Below are positions 1 to 10,851 of a DNA stretch of 64,000 nucleotides, piece after piece. Source of the stretch: Azolla caroliniana (taxonomy: Eukaryota > Plantae > Polypodiophyta); assembly GCA_043228905.1 (NCBI GenBank), contig JBHGNT010000003.1, positions 14,570,001 through 14,634,000 of the forward strand, read 5' to 3'. Made by a program: the position numbers and the translations under genes. Position 1 is the stretch's first letter. Each line of letters opens with the position of its first letter. The notes beneath the pieces are model-generated. The model was not told where the DNA came from, ran no database searches, and saw nothing but the letters and a program-made list of their open reading frames with translations.

Positions 1-1215
1 TTTGAGCGCATGTATAACTACAAATAATTCCTTTTCTTGAACGGTATACCGACATTGAGCAGAATCAAGTTTCTTACTCTCGAATGCTATTGGTTTACCA
101 TCTTGATACAAGACAACACCTATAGCATAATCGCTTGCATCGGTTTCAACCTCAAAAGGTTTTGAAGGATCAGGTAAAAGAAGTGAAGGAGCCTTGCAAA
201 CCAGGTCCTTGAGTTCCTTAAAGGCAAGGTCTAGTGTAGCATTCCACTCAATAGGTTTTGTAGACTTACGCGTTTGACCTTTTAAAAGATCAGTAAACGG
301 CGTCGTCAATTGGGAGTAATTACGAAGAGACTTTCGCAAAAACCCCACAAAACCAAGGAATGATCGAACTTCTCGAATATTCCGAAGAGTGGGCCAAAGC
401 TTGATTTTCTCAATGCGAGAAGGATCAATTTCAACTCCTCGTTCGATTGTGAGATGTCCTAGATAAGTAATTGATTTTTTGAAGAACTCACATTTTGAGA
501 TCTTCGCATAAAACTGTTTGTCACGCAATGTTTGTAAAACAAAGCGGACATGTCTAGCATGTTCTTGTAATGTACGGCTATAAACTAAAATATCATCCAA
601 GAAAATAACGACATATTTTCCAAGTTGTTCTCTGAAAATGTCATTCATTTCTTGTTGAAAAGTAGCCGGAGCATTGGTCAAACCAAAAGGCATAACCAAA
701 AACTCGTAATGGCCATAGCGCGTACGAAATGCCGTTTTAGGAACATCGTCCTCACTTATTCGTATTTGATGGTAGCCAGTACGGAGATCAAGTTTCGTAA
801 AATACCGAGCTCCCTGAAGACGGTCAATTAGATCGTCAGCCCGGGGCAATGGATACGAATTCTTGATCGTCACTTTATTCAAGCGTCGGTAATTAATACA
901 CATACGCCATGTGCCCTCTTTCTTTTTAACCAAGAGAATTGGTGCACCCCATGGAGATTTACTATAACGTATATAACCCATTCGTAAATAGTCCTTGAGT
1001 TGCTTAGATACCTCATCTTCTTCGGATCGACTTAAGCGATACGGAGGTATACTTATTGGTGCAACACTAGGTACAATATCTATACGATGGTCTATATTAC
1101 GTTTAGGAGGTAACCCATCAGGTAGTTCACTTGGAAAAACATCATGAAAATCATTTAAGATTTCATTAAGTTGTTGTTGTTCAAAATATGTTAATTGAAT
1201 CGGGACATTATCGAT
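1..1215 (-). CDS. pol: A1 pol, RT and start of RNase H (partial; continues the 6535-7386 frame across the Copia insertion)
   Basis: Manual translation gives [17 protein letters not shown]...[12 protein letters not shown]...FLDDILVYS...[10 protein letters not shown] with no stop seen; colinear with A2 at 56550-57750. Confidence 0.85.
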   Translation of the reverse strand, partial: MDNVPIQLTYFEQQQLNEILNDFHDVFPSELPDGLPPKRNIDHRIDIVPSVAPISIPPYRLSRSEEDEVSKQLKDYLRMGYIRYSKSPWGAPILLVKKKEGTWRMCINYRRLNKVTIKNSYPLPRADDLIDRLQGARYFTKLDLRTGYHQIRISEDDVPKTAFRTRYGHYEFLVMPFGLTNAPATFQQEMNDIFREQLGKYVVIFLDDILVYSRTLQEHARHVRFVLQTLRDKQFYAKISKCEFFKKSITYLGHLTIERGVEIDPSRIEKIKLWPTLRNIREVRSFLGFVGFLRKSLRNYSQLTTPFTDLLKGQTRKSTKPIEWNATLDLAFKELKDLVCKAPSLLLPDPSKPFEVETDASDYAIGVVLYQDGKPIAFESKKLDSAQCRYTVQEKELFVVIHALK

Positions 1216-1814
1216 TGTAAGGAATAGACCCTTCTATCCTCCTTTCTTATCTCGGCCACAACCGATTAATCGCGGATCAATGGAGCAGAAAATAGGAAAC
1301 ACACGTAGAAACAAGACGAAGAAACGCGAGTACACAAGGATTAACGTGGAAAACCCTAAACGGGGAAAAACCACGGGAGTACAAGACTCCAAACAACACT
1401 ATACAGAGAAGTATACAATGACGAGCTCCAAGGCGACGACCTTGAGCTCGCTGTCCTCGCCACAGGCGGCGGAAATACACAGAGGCGTCTACCTCTTTCT
1501 CTCTCGCGCTCTCTCTCTCTCTCTCTGTCACGGCTGCTCTCTCTTCACTCCTCTAAAGTGGAAAAAACAGAAAAAATGAGAAGCAACAACAAAACAGTTT
1601 GCCCTAAGTCATATTTATACTCATATGACTTTGGGCTATTTACAACTGTAGCCTCAGGGGCCCATAGCGAACATATTCACGGATATGTCCCTGCATCCGG
1701 ATCGCTCTCCGGGTACATTCGTCATCCGGTACCGAAACCGGGGTCTTCGTCATCCGGATCCGAAACCGACAACCGGATCCGACCATCCCATCCGAAGGGA
1801 CCGTAATCCCAACA
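1216..1814 (-). repeat. Copia 3' LTR
   Basis: TGTAAGG...CCCAACA; appears identical to 5931-6529 (the ORF-track translations of both are identical). Confidence 0.97.
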
Positions 1815-1824
1815 AACTCCCCCT
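1815..1824 (-). promoter_or_regulatory. Polypurine tract of the Copia element
   Basis: AGGGGGAGTT on the minus strand directly before the 3' LTR. Confidence 0.9.
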
Positions 1825-4800
1825 TCACTTCGGCATGGGATGTTTCTCCAATCCGATCCTCTTCCGGCATGCTTCCAGCTTGTCGGGTGTGAGCACCTTG
1901 GTCAGCATATCCGACCCGTTCTCGTCCGTGTGGATCTTCGTCAGCACGAACTCCTTGTCTTCTATCCTTTCCCGGATCCAGTGATATCTTCGCTGGATGT
2001 GCTTCGTCCGGGAGTGATAGGCCGCGTTCTTTGCAAGGTGGATTGCACTCTGACTGTCGCAGTAGAGTCGGTACTCCTCCTGCCGGATACCGAGCTCTCT
2101 AATGAAGTCCTTCATCCATATTATTTCCTTGCCGGCTTCAACAGCCGCCATGTACTCCGCCTCCGTGGTTGACAACGCAACCGTCTTCTGCAGCCTCGAC
2201 TGCCACGAAACAGCTCCCCCTGCATACGTCATCACATACCCTGATGTGGACCGGCTGGTATCTGCATCAGCCGACATATCAGAATCAGTAAAGCCTTCGA
2301 GTTCGGGCTTACCGGAGCCGAATCGGAGGCACACGTTTGCCGTGCCCTTCAGGTATCGGAGTATCCACTTGACCGCGTTCCAGTGCTCTTTGCCGGGATT
2401 GCTCATGTACCGGCTCACCACTCCGACTGCATATCCTATGTCCGGTCTCGTACACACCATGGCGTACATCAAGCTCCCGACGGCTGAGGCATACGGCACT
2501 TCCATCATATCCTCCTTTTCAGCCTTTGTCTTGGGACTTTGCTTGCTGGTCAGCTTGCAGTTTGTCGGGAGGGTCGATCCGACCGGTCTCGCTTCCGACA
2601 TGTTGAACCGGTGAAGCACCTTCGTCACGTACTTCTCCTGTGACAGCCCCAACTGCTTCTTCTTCCGGTCCCGGATGATGTGCATCCCTAGTATTTGCCT
2701 CGCCGGACCCAGGTCCTTCATTGAGAAGGTTCGGTGAAGAGCCTTCTTCAGCATCCGTATCTTGACCTGGTCCCGTCCGACGATCAACATGTCGTCCACG
2801 TACAGGAGGAGTATTAGAGAGTCTCCTCCTTCGAACTTCTTCACAAACACGCAGTGGTCGGACTGCGTTTTGAGGTACCCTTCGTCGGTCATGAAGGAGT
2901 CGAACTTCCGGTACCATTGCCGGGGAGCCTGCTTCAGTCCGTAAAGGCTCTTCTTCAACCGGCATACCAGGTGCTCCTTCCCTTTCTTCTCGAATCCTTC
3001 CGGTTGCTGCATGTAGATCTCTTCATCGAGGTCACCGTGAAGGAATGCCGTCTTCACGTCCATCTGTTCTACCTCGAGGTCCATGCTTGCCGCTATGCTC
3101 AGCACCGTCCGGATAGAGGTCATCTTCACTACCGGGGCAAATATCTCGTCGAAGTCGACGCCCTTCTTCTGCTGAAACCCCTTCACCACGATCCTGGCTT
3201 TGTATCTCGGGGGGTTTCCGGCATCTCCCGGTTTCAGCTTGAACACCCACTTGTTTCGAAGTGCCCGCTTTCCTTTCGGCAACTCCACAAGTTCATATGT
3301 GTGGTTCTCATGCAGGGAATCCATCTCGTCCTGCATGGCACTCAACCACTTGCGGCTCTGGGTGTCATGCTTTGCTTCTTCAAAGCTCTCCGGCTCCCCC
3401 TCGTCGGTTAGTAGCACGTGCTCTGGTTCCGGAAATCTCCGGGGGGCCCTTCTCTCTCTTAGAGGATATCTCCGTTCCGGAGCTTCGGTAACCGGTTCTC
3501 CCGATTCTTCTTCTTCATCCGAATCCATTTCGGGATCGGGAACGGTTCCGGTATCATTTTCATCTTCCTCGGCCGGTTCTCTTTCTTCACCGTCTTCGGC
3601 CGGATCCTCGAGTGCTAACCGGTCCCTTGCCGGTCGGGACTGCTCCTCGTAGAGTTTATCCTCACCAGTCGACTTGGAGCTCTTCATCTTCTTCTCCGAC
3701 TCCCAGTCGGTGAGTGTCTTGTCCTCCATAAAGACGATATCTCGACTCCTGAATATCTTCTTGTCGACCGGGTCCCATACTCGGTAGCCGAACTCGTCGT
3801 CGCCGTAACCGAGGAATATGCATGGCCGGGTCTTCGGATCTAGCTTTCCTCTCCGGTCCTTCGCCACGTGTACGTATGCGAGACACCCGAACACCTTCAG
3901 ATGCCGGTAGGATACTTCCCTACCGGTCCACACTCTCTGCGGCGTGTCTCCGTCCAAAGGTACTGAGGGTGATCTGTTTATCACATATGTCGCCGTCGAC
4001 ATTGCCTCAGCCCAAAATCCCTTGGGTAATTTCGCATGTGCCAGCATACTCCGGACCCTCTCCATTATGGTCCGGTTCATCCTCTCGGCCAGCCCGTTCA
4101 GTTCCGGCGTCTTCGGCACAGTAAATTCGAGTCGGATTCCCTTCGAGCGACAGTACTCCTGGAACTGCCCCCGGTATTCCCCTCCGTTATCCGCTCGTAT
4201 TGCTTTCAGCTTCTTGCCGGATTCTCTTTCCACTCTCGCGTGGAGTTCTTTGAAGACGCACAACACTTGGTCCTTTGTCTTCATCGGTGCCGTCCACAGT
4301 TTTCGGCTATGATCATCGATGAATGTTACGAAGTACTGGGCTCCGCCATGTGACTTCGTTTCTACTTGACACACGTCCGTGTGCACCAACTCCAATGGTG
4401 CACTGCGTCTCGTCGGTGGCCTTGAGTGGAAGGAAGTTCGGTTCTGCTTACCGGCCAGGCAATCGGTGCACTTCTCCAGGTGCACATGCTTCACTGGGAT
4501 AAGGTTGTCTTCTGCAAGCCTCTTCATCCCCTTCTCACTCATGTGGCACAGTCTTTTGTGCCACAGCTCACCGGCAGTGTCGGCTGCCACGTTCAGCTCT
4601 TCCGGACACAACCAGGCATTCATCAGGTACAGTGTGTTGACCTTCCGGGCCCGAGCCACTATCAAGCTCCCCTTGCTGAACTTCATGACACCGTTCCGGA
4701 TGCTACCCGTGTAGCCTTCATCATCTAGCCTCCCGGCCGAAATCAGGTTCAGTCGGACCTCCGGAACGTGTCGGACATTCTTCAGCAGCATTTTGCATCC

Positions 4801-5901
4801 GGTCGGGGTTGTCAACCACACGTCTCCTATGCCGGCAATCCGGCACGTACCTTCGTTTCCCATCCGAACGCAGCCATGCTCCCCGGCTGTGTAGGATGAG
4901 AAGTATCTTCTCTCCGGGGTCAGGTGGAACGATGCTCCGGAATCGACCACCCAGGTCGTCTCATCGCCGGCAATGTTTAGCTCACCTTCTTCGGTGATGA
5001 GCATGATTTCTTCTTCACTTGCCGCGAGTGCCGTCGTTCCTTTCCGGTCTTGCCCTCGCCGATCCGAACCTCTCCGGTCCGTGGCTCCCCGGTATGCACC
5101 GTTTCTCTCCGGTGACTTCTTCGAGTCGGTGTCGTCGGCTCCGTTGTCTTTTCGGTAATGCCGACAATTCTTTCGGAAGTGCCCCGGCTTCCCACAGTGG
5201 AAGCATGTGGGCCTTCCTCTTGACTGCGACCGGGTCCCCGACTTCTCCCGTCTTTGCGGACTCCGGTTCCATTGTCTTCCCCGATCCGATTCGGTAAACA
5301 GCATCTTCGGGTCGGAGGCCGGTTCCTTATCTCTCCGACGCGCTTCTTCATTCAGAATACTTGTCTTTACAGTTTGTAAGGACAAGTTATCTTCGGTGCA
5401 CGAGGTGCTGAGAGTCACCACCAAGTTCTCCCAGCTTTCCGGCAATGTACACATCAGGATGATGGCTTGCATTGCATCCTCCAACGGGAACTTGATCGCC
5501 GCAAGCTGGTTCACGAATCCCATGAACGTGCTTACGTGTTCCACCATACTCTCGCCGTCCCGATACTTGAGATTCACAATCTTCCTCATCAGGGAGGTCC
5601 GGTTCAACGCATTCTTCCTCTCATAGAGGCCAGACAGCTTCTTCCACATCTCGTATGCGTTGGTGTCGTTCGCCACATGTTGCAGGACGCTTACGTCGAC
5701 ATATTGTCGGATCGTCGCTACGGCTTTCCGGTTCAGGAGCTTCCACTCCGACTCAAGTACCCCCTTCGGTATTTCCGACCTGTCAATCGGTTCGTACAGG
5801 TCCCGAACAATCAGAAGATCCTCCATCTTGATCTTCCAGTCGGCGTAATTCTGTGCATTCAGCACCATCATCATCGGCTGCCCGCTGCCGCCGCCTTCCA
5901 T
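1825..5901 (-). CDS. gag-pol: Copia Gag-Pol polyprotein, 1358 aa from the ATG at 5901 (Gag, CCHC knuckle, protease, integrase, RT, RNase H)
   Basis: CFHCGKPGHFRKNC, WVVDSGAS, WHKRLCH...CTDC, IRADNGGEY, QMDVKTAFLHG, LLYVDDMLI, FTDSD, in Copia order (IN before RT). Confidence 0.97.
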   Translation of the reverse strand: MEGGGSGQPMMMVLNAQNYADWKIKMEDLLIVRDLYEPIDRSEIPKGVLESEWKLLNRKAVATIRQYVDVSVLQHVANDTNAYEMWKKLSGLYERKNALNRTSLMRKIVNLKYRDGESMVEHVSTFMGFVNQLAAIKFPLEDAMQAIILMCTLPESWENLVVTLSTSCTEDNLSLQTVKTSILNEEARRRDKEPASDPKMLFTESDRGRQWNRSPQRREKSGTRSQSRGRPTCFHCGKPGHFRKNCRHYRKDNGADDTDSKKSPERNGAYRGATDRRGSDRRGQDRKGTTALAASEEEIMLITEEGELNIAGDETTWVVDSGASFHLTPERRYFSSYTAGEHGCVRMGNEGTCRIAGIGDVWLTTPTGCKMLLKNVRHVPEVRLNLISAGRLDDEGYTGSIRNGVMKFSKGSLIVARARKVNTLYLMNAWLCPEELNVAADTAGELWHKRLCHMSEKGMKRLAEDNLIPVKHVHLEKCTDCLAGKQNRTSFHSRPPTRRSAPLELVHTDVCQVETKSHGGAQYFVTFIDDHSRKLWTAPMKTKDQVLCVFKELHARVERESGKKLKAIRADNGGEYRGQFQEYCRSKGIRLEFTVPKTPELNGLAERMNRTIMERVRSMLAHAKLPKGFWAEAMSTATYVINRSPSVPLDGDTPQRVWTGREVSYRHLKVFGCLAYVHVAKDRRGKLDPKTRPCIFLGYGDDEFGYRVWDPVDKKIFRSRDIVFMEDKTLTDWESEKKMKSSKSTGEDKLYEEQSRPARDRLALEDPAEDGEEREPAEEDENDTGTVPDPEMDSDEEEESGEPVTEAPERRYPLRERRAPRRFPEPEHVLLTDEGEPESFEEAKHDTQSRKWLSAMQDEMDSLHENHTYELVELPKGKRALRNKWVFKLKPGDAGNPPRYKARIVVKGFQQKKGVDFDEIFAPVVKMTSIRTVLSIAASMDLEVEQMDVKTAFLHGDLDEEIYMQQPEGFEKKGKEHLVCRLKKSLYGLKQAPRQWYRKFDSFMTDEGYLKTQSDHCVFVKKFEGGDSLILLLYVDDMLIVGRDQVKIRMLKKALHRTFSMKDLGPARQILGMHIIRDRKKKQLGLSQEKYVTKVLHRFNMSEARPVGSTLPTNCKLTSKQSPKTKAEKEDMMEVPYASAVGSLMYAMVCTRPDIGYAVGVVSRYMSNPGKEHWNAVKWILRYLKGTANVCLRFGSGKPELEGFTDSDMSADADTSRSTSGYVMTYAGGAVSWQSRLQKTVALSTTEAEYMAAVEAGKEIIWMKDFIRELGIRQEEYRLYCDSQSAIHLAKNAAYHSRTKHIQRRYHWIRERIEDKEFVLTKIHTDENGSDMLTKVLTPDKLEACRKRIGLEKHPMPK

Positions 5902-5915
5902 TTTCTGCAACAGTC

Positions 5916-5927
5916 GCTCTGATACCA
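5916..5927 (-). promoter_or_regulatory. PBS, tRNA-iMet
   Basis: TGGTATCAGAGC 3 nt inside the 5' LTR. Confidence 0.95.
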
Positions 5928-5930
5928 GTT

Positions 5931-6529
5931 TGTAAGGAATAGACCCTTCTATCCTCCTTTCTTATCTCGGCCACAACCGATTAATCGCGGATCAATGGAG
6001 CAGAAAATAGGAAACACACGTAGAAACAAGACGAAGAAACGCGAGTACACAAGGATTAACGTGGAAAACCCTAAACGGGGAAAAACCACGGGAGTACAAG
6101 ACTCCAAACAACACTATACAGAGAAGTATACAATGACGAGCTCCAAGGCGACGACCTTGAGCTCGCTGTCCTCGCCACAGGCGGCGGAAATACACAGAGG
6201 CGTCTACCTCTTTCTCTCTCGCGCTCTCTCTCTCTCTCTCTGTCACGGCTGCTCTCTCTTCACTCCTCTAAAGTGGAAAAAACAGAAAAAATGAGAAGCA
6301 ACAACAAAACAGTTTGCCCTAAGTCATATTTATACTCATATGACTTTGGGCTATTTACAACTGTAGCCTCAGGGGCCCATAGCGAACATATTCACGGATA
6401 TGTCCCTGCATCCGGATCGCTCTCCGGGTACATTCGTCATCCGGTACCGAAACCGGGGTCTTCGTCATCCGGATCCGAAACCGACAACCGGATCCGACCA
6501 TCCCATCCGAAGGGACCGTAATCCCAACA
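5931..6529 (-). repeat. Copia 5' LTR
   Basis: Direct repeat of 1216-1814. Confidence 0.97.
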
Positions 6530-6534
6530 TCGAT

Positions 6535-7386
6535 ATTGTAAACGTGAATGTCCGGATCAAGTACACAATAAAATAACGTAGAACAAGACAACTCGGATAT
6601 TGATGGACACGAGGAAACAATCGAGAGGGATTGTTTTTTAACACATTGAATAAAATGCGTACAATCGTTCAGTACAAAAGAAATGGAATGACAAACCCAA
6701 TCAATAAATAAAGAAGAGTTTTTATTATAAAACCAGGGATAACCCAGTATTACATCGGTGGTACAAAGATTCATTACATGGAAGTCTACTTCCTCTATAT
6801 AAGTATCAATAGAAATTCCTAATGAATGAATCGCCCCGTTGATGTATTGTACTCTTCCATCAGCCAAGTGCACCGTGTAGGTGTGATCACTTACGGTGGG
6901 TTGGATTCCCCATATGTGAACCAAACGATCATTCACAAAATTGTGTGAGCTTCCCGAATCAAATAAAAATTGTACGGGAGATCCATTGATATACCCGTTT
7001 GCACGTAGTAAATCATTGGGACCCAATACATAGTGAGGGAAAGAACATTGACAATTACTTAAATGATGTGTATAGACCTGAAGGACATTAGGAATCTGAC
7101 CTTTATGGTCTGCAGCTTTAGCTTTGTTGTCGTGCTCTTTCCGTTGGAGCTTTCGACATTGATCTTTTGTATGACCCTTCTTTTTGCAAAATACACAAAA
7201 AGGATGTTGTCGCTTACAATCGCGATGCAGGAATTCGTTGGGTGTCTTCCGTTTCCCAACAAATTGCGACTGCTTAGTCCCGGGAGCTTCGTTGGGTTTG
7301 TTATGGTCCTTCTTCGAAGTGCGTTGATAGCGAAGAATTATTTCAACGGCCTCTTCGAAGGATTTTGGATACTTATCGTGCACTAT
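6535..7386 (-). CDS. A1 nucleocapsid zinc knuckle and aspartic protease, in frame with gag after a TAG
   Basis: CVFCKKKGHTKDQC and FLFDSGSSHNF in ORF 6355..7383. Confidence 0.85.
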
Positions 7387-8034
7387 CTAGTGATAGTCCG
7401 AATTAGGGATGCCATTGACAAAACAAGCTATCAACCAATTGTCCCCTTCTAGACCCGATTTTTGGATTTGGGTTCTAGCATGGTGAACATAGTCTTCTAG
7501 CGAGGAAAATTTCTTGCTAGAGAGGTTCATTAAAGCTTGTGCTGCCTTGGTTCGAGAGGGAGGTTGCAGAAATTGGCCCTTAAAAACCGTGACAAAATCT
7601 GTCCAGGTATCGGGCAATTTCTCCATAGTACGGAGCCCACGCCACCAGGCGGCGGCCTTACCCCCGAGTTCTCGGCCGACATATGCAATCTTCGTACTAT
7701 CTGGCGTGGGATAGAGCTCAAAATGAGACTCCCATCGTCCTAGCCATGTGCAGATTGCTTCTTCGGTTCTTTCCTTTTTGTCTCCGGTAAATGGCTTAAC
7801 GACAAATGATGGTTCACCTTGTCGCTCATCAGGTCTATTAGTCTCACGTTGTAGACTAATGACACGTGCCTCAAGAGCACTCTGAGATTGCCGAAGTTCG
7901 GTCATCTGTTGAGCGGTGAAACTAAGGTATTGGGTTATTTGTGCCATATACATCTCAGTGGACATTTGTCCAGGAGGATTCCCTTGAGTTCCTTCCGTTT
8001 GAGCGGATGACATCGGGTCGTTAATTTGAGCCAT
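7387..8034 (-). CDS. gag: A1 gag (capsid part), 215 aa, ending in TAG
   Basis: Retrotrans_gag-like motif LGGKAAAWW...TWTDFVTVFKGQF; near-identical copy at 58596-59040. Confidence 0.85.
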   Translation of the reverse strand: MAQINDPMSSAQTEGTQGNPPGQMSTEMYMAQITQYLSFTAQQMTELRQSQSALEARVISLQRETNRPDERQGEPSFVVKPFTGDKKERTEEAICTWLGRWESHFELYPTPDSTKIAYVGRELGGKAAAWWRGLRTMEKLPDTWTDFVTVFKGQFLQPPSRTKAAQALMNLSSKKFSSLEDYVHHARTQIQKSGLEGDNWLIACFVNGIPNSDYH

Positions 8035-9648
8035 TAAAGATTATTTCTGGAAAAGAAATAGGATAAGGTCAGAGATATAGTCATAACATCATGTCGTGAT
8101 GTAAACATATCATGGGCGAGCATTAATCGATATCATTATCTCACGTCAATACCCCTCTAGACGTATGAGATGAGGTTCAAGATCAGGTTACTATGGTAAC
8201 ACAAAGGTGTTTTAAAAACCATGGGGGTGACAAATAAATGTCTTTCCCTGATCTCTATATCGATTTTTTTATGGTGGCAAATGTTAATAATAAACTATGT
8301 TTCGGTGCCCACATATGTGGTTTCGGCTCTTTAAGTCCTATTACGAGGACCCCGAGGTGCACTTAGACCTTAAGTCTAAACATGTGTTATAGTCATATGT
8401 ATCAAGGATGTTGTATGGTCTTGGTCATATTTGAACTCGAGACCTCGAGAACAAATACATTAAACACTTGAGCCAACCAAGTAAGTTGCTCTTCTCGAAT
8501 GCTTAATGTTTGATGCGTATAAGAGATATGCGAGGCAATTGATCATATATGTTTTTTTTTTAAAAGAACATATATGTCAAGGGTCCTTATTTCGCCCTCA
8601 TTTACCAAAACTATGTTGGTACGTTACCTAACCTCAAGTCTCGTAATTACGATGGCATACGCCAAAGTGCAACCTAATGGTCAAGCCAAATGAGCCCTTG
8701 TTTCGTAGTAGGCTCACGTGGGCCATCACATGGTCACATCATTACGAATGCCTCTCGTAAGAACGAGCTCATGGTGGCATCGTATCCATGTAACGAGGGA
8801 GGGATGTTGGATACGTGCGTCATTGGAGCGACCTCACTTGAAGTGGGTCAAGCCCTATGTACTCAACATCATTTTGGCTATTGGCGTTTCTTTACGTAAC
8901 GAAATCGAGGTCGTCAACGGGGTTATCAACAATAAAAACATGTTGAAAAAGGGATGGTGACAACGCCATTCTCACAAAAATGTGAGGACGGCCACCAACA
9001 TCCTTTTCCCGACAAGGACAACTTTCGATATAATCACGTAATAACGAATATACACATATGTTTACTTATCATATATATACAATCAAATACGTATATATGT
9101 GACCACATATGCCTATATTAAACATATCGTTATATTAAATAGCCACAAATGATGTGATCGAGATACGTAATCGAGGTATATACCTCTACGCACACGAAAC
9201 ATCCACAAATAAGAGATCATCGTAATACGCAATTGAGGTATTGACCTCTTACGCATACGAGACCAACCGCATATCGTTTACAAGAAATCAACAACTCATA
9301 CGCAAACGTAACATATGTTCGTGAACGTAATACGCAATTGAGGTATTAACCTCGTACGCATACGACACTCATCACATATTATTAATATGTCAAACGAGGT
9401 ATTGACCTCGTGCACATATGTAAACGTTTTAGATAATCAATTAAAGACCACTACAACATCATTGACTTAATGAAAAAAATTACATATAAACTAAATACAT
9501 GATTAGATGGGAGAAGAGAGAATAGAAAGAAAAATTATGGAAAGAGTTACCGAAGTTCTTTGTTGATCGTTGTCTGGATCAAGGCCAACCGCACAACGAT
9601 CGATCAATCAAAAGACAAATGAAAAACAAAGAAACATTAGTACAAAAA

Positions 9649-9658
9649 TCTGATACCA
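9649..9658 (-). promoter_or_regulatory. PBS of A1, tRNA-iMet
   Basis: TGGTATCAGA on the minus strand next to the LTR edge. Confidence 0.85.
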
Positions 9659-9660
9659 AA

Positions 9661-10116
9661 TATTATAGATCTAGGTACTAAAGTAAGCTTAAGATAAGGA
9701 TAAAGAAATGAAAGATAGAAAGGAGAAAGAGAAAGAAGGGTGTCGATCCACCCGACCACCCCCGAGCGAAGGGATCGAGACGGACTCGAGCCTCGATCGG
9801 TGTCCCATACCACCGCCGTGGCGTCGAGTCATACCTGGTGCTGGCGCGCTTGCTACAAGAGTTGACCCACCACACGAGCAGAGTCTCGATGTAGTCAAAA
9901 AGATGATCAAATGAGGGTAGCTAGGCCTCTTATTTATAGCGATACCCAAGGCCCCCAGGCAAGTTCACACTTGACCTAATGGGTTGTCTCAATCCCGAGG
10001 ATTAAAAGTAATCCTCGCCTTCTTTACACTCTCGTTTAACCCTCACACTTATCCACGTATATAGAATACTACGGTAAATTCTCACCACGGGATATTATAT
10101 GGTCATGCCCGTAACA
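9661..10116 (-). repeat. A1 5' LTR (about 456 bp)
   Basis: Bounded by the PBS on one side and GTAACA on the other; TATAAATA on the minus strand near 9935; unrelated B1 sequence begins at 10117. Confidence 0.75.
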
Positions 10117-10851
10117 ACATTGGACAAAGGATGGACAGCGTGGGCAACGCAAGCAGCAGAATTGCACACCTACCGGGCGGACTGGGAGAACCAACAAAAA
10201 AAAGGCAGAGGCTTCTACAAGCTCAATGCGGAAAGTATTGAGGCAGTACGCGAGGACCTCACGCAGGACTATCGCACGCTAGGGGACCATCATTCCGAAG
10301 AACTCACGCAGCTGTTGGAAGATTTCGGGGAAAGTCAAGAAGACAGTTTCCTCCGGCTAATGGAGATCAACAGCAAACAGTAGAGGACAGAGACATTTGC
10401 GGTACCAGACAGTGATTCCGCTGAACAAGATCAGCCGCATCCGAATTTGAACAACCCACCAAAGGTGACCACTATGCCTGTCAACGCTACGGAAGAAACG
10501 GATAAGAAAGAGCCCCGTCCAACAGCTTGCCCACCAACTGAAGAGCACAGATCAGAACCTTGGAGGACTGATCCGAACATCGAACCAACTGAGCCAACCC
10601 TGATCACGCAGAGTAAAGATGACAACATGGGAACTCACACACCATCTGAATGTGGTAAAGTGGACGACACGCAATTGGAGGAGTTGGTCAAGGAGAACAA
10701 CGAAGCACCTACGGACTTCACGCTACTTCCAGACCAGGCCGTACAGACAGAGCCGAACATCCTGGACATTTTGAACGATGAGTTGAGGGACGGATTCGAT
10801 GTTCCATGGCACTGGCCCACAGGCGTGCCAAGTGTTGTCCGTCGGACCTAA
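10117..10851 (+). pseudogene. C-terminal part of the family-B extra ORF
   Basis: AAELHTYRADWENQQKKGRGFYKL matches ORFs 18715..18987 and 28106..28366; EPNILDIL matches 27818..28033. Confidence 0.8.
10814..10830 (-). promoter_or_regulatory. Inverted PBS-like site (tRNA-Arg-like) at the PPT position of B1
   Basis: GGCCCACAGGCGTGCCA + AG + LTR TGTTG on the plus strand; no adjacent purine tract. Confidence 0.75.

Larger units (their letters stand above)
1216..6529 (-). mobile_element. Intact full-length Ty1/Copia LTR retrotransposon (5314 bp)
   Basis: Two 599-bp TG...CA LTRs, TSD TCGAT (1211-1215, 6530-6534), Met PBS, PPT and one uninterrupted gag-pol ORF. Confidence 0.98.
1..10116 (-). mobile_element. 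Ty3/Gypsy LTR retrotransposon 'A1' (chromovirus-like; 3' part runs off the window), interrupted by a Copia insertion
   Basis: 5' LTR 9661-10116 (ends GTAACA), Met-type PBS, gag 7387-8034, zinc knuckle and protease (LFDSGS), RT ([17 protein letters not shown]) and RNase H start (TDAS) on the minus strand. Chromodomain is not in the window. Confidence 0.9.

Noticed and set aside
1277-1984. Short ORFs duplicated at 5992-6521
   Set aside because: They are LTR sequence read in several frames.
6355-6534. C-terminus of the 342-aa ORF
   Set aside because: Chimeric read-through from A1 into the inserted Copia LTR.
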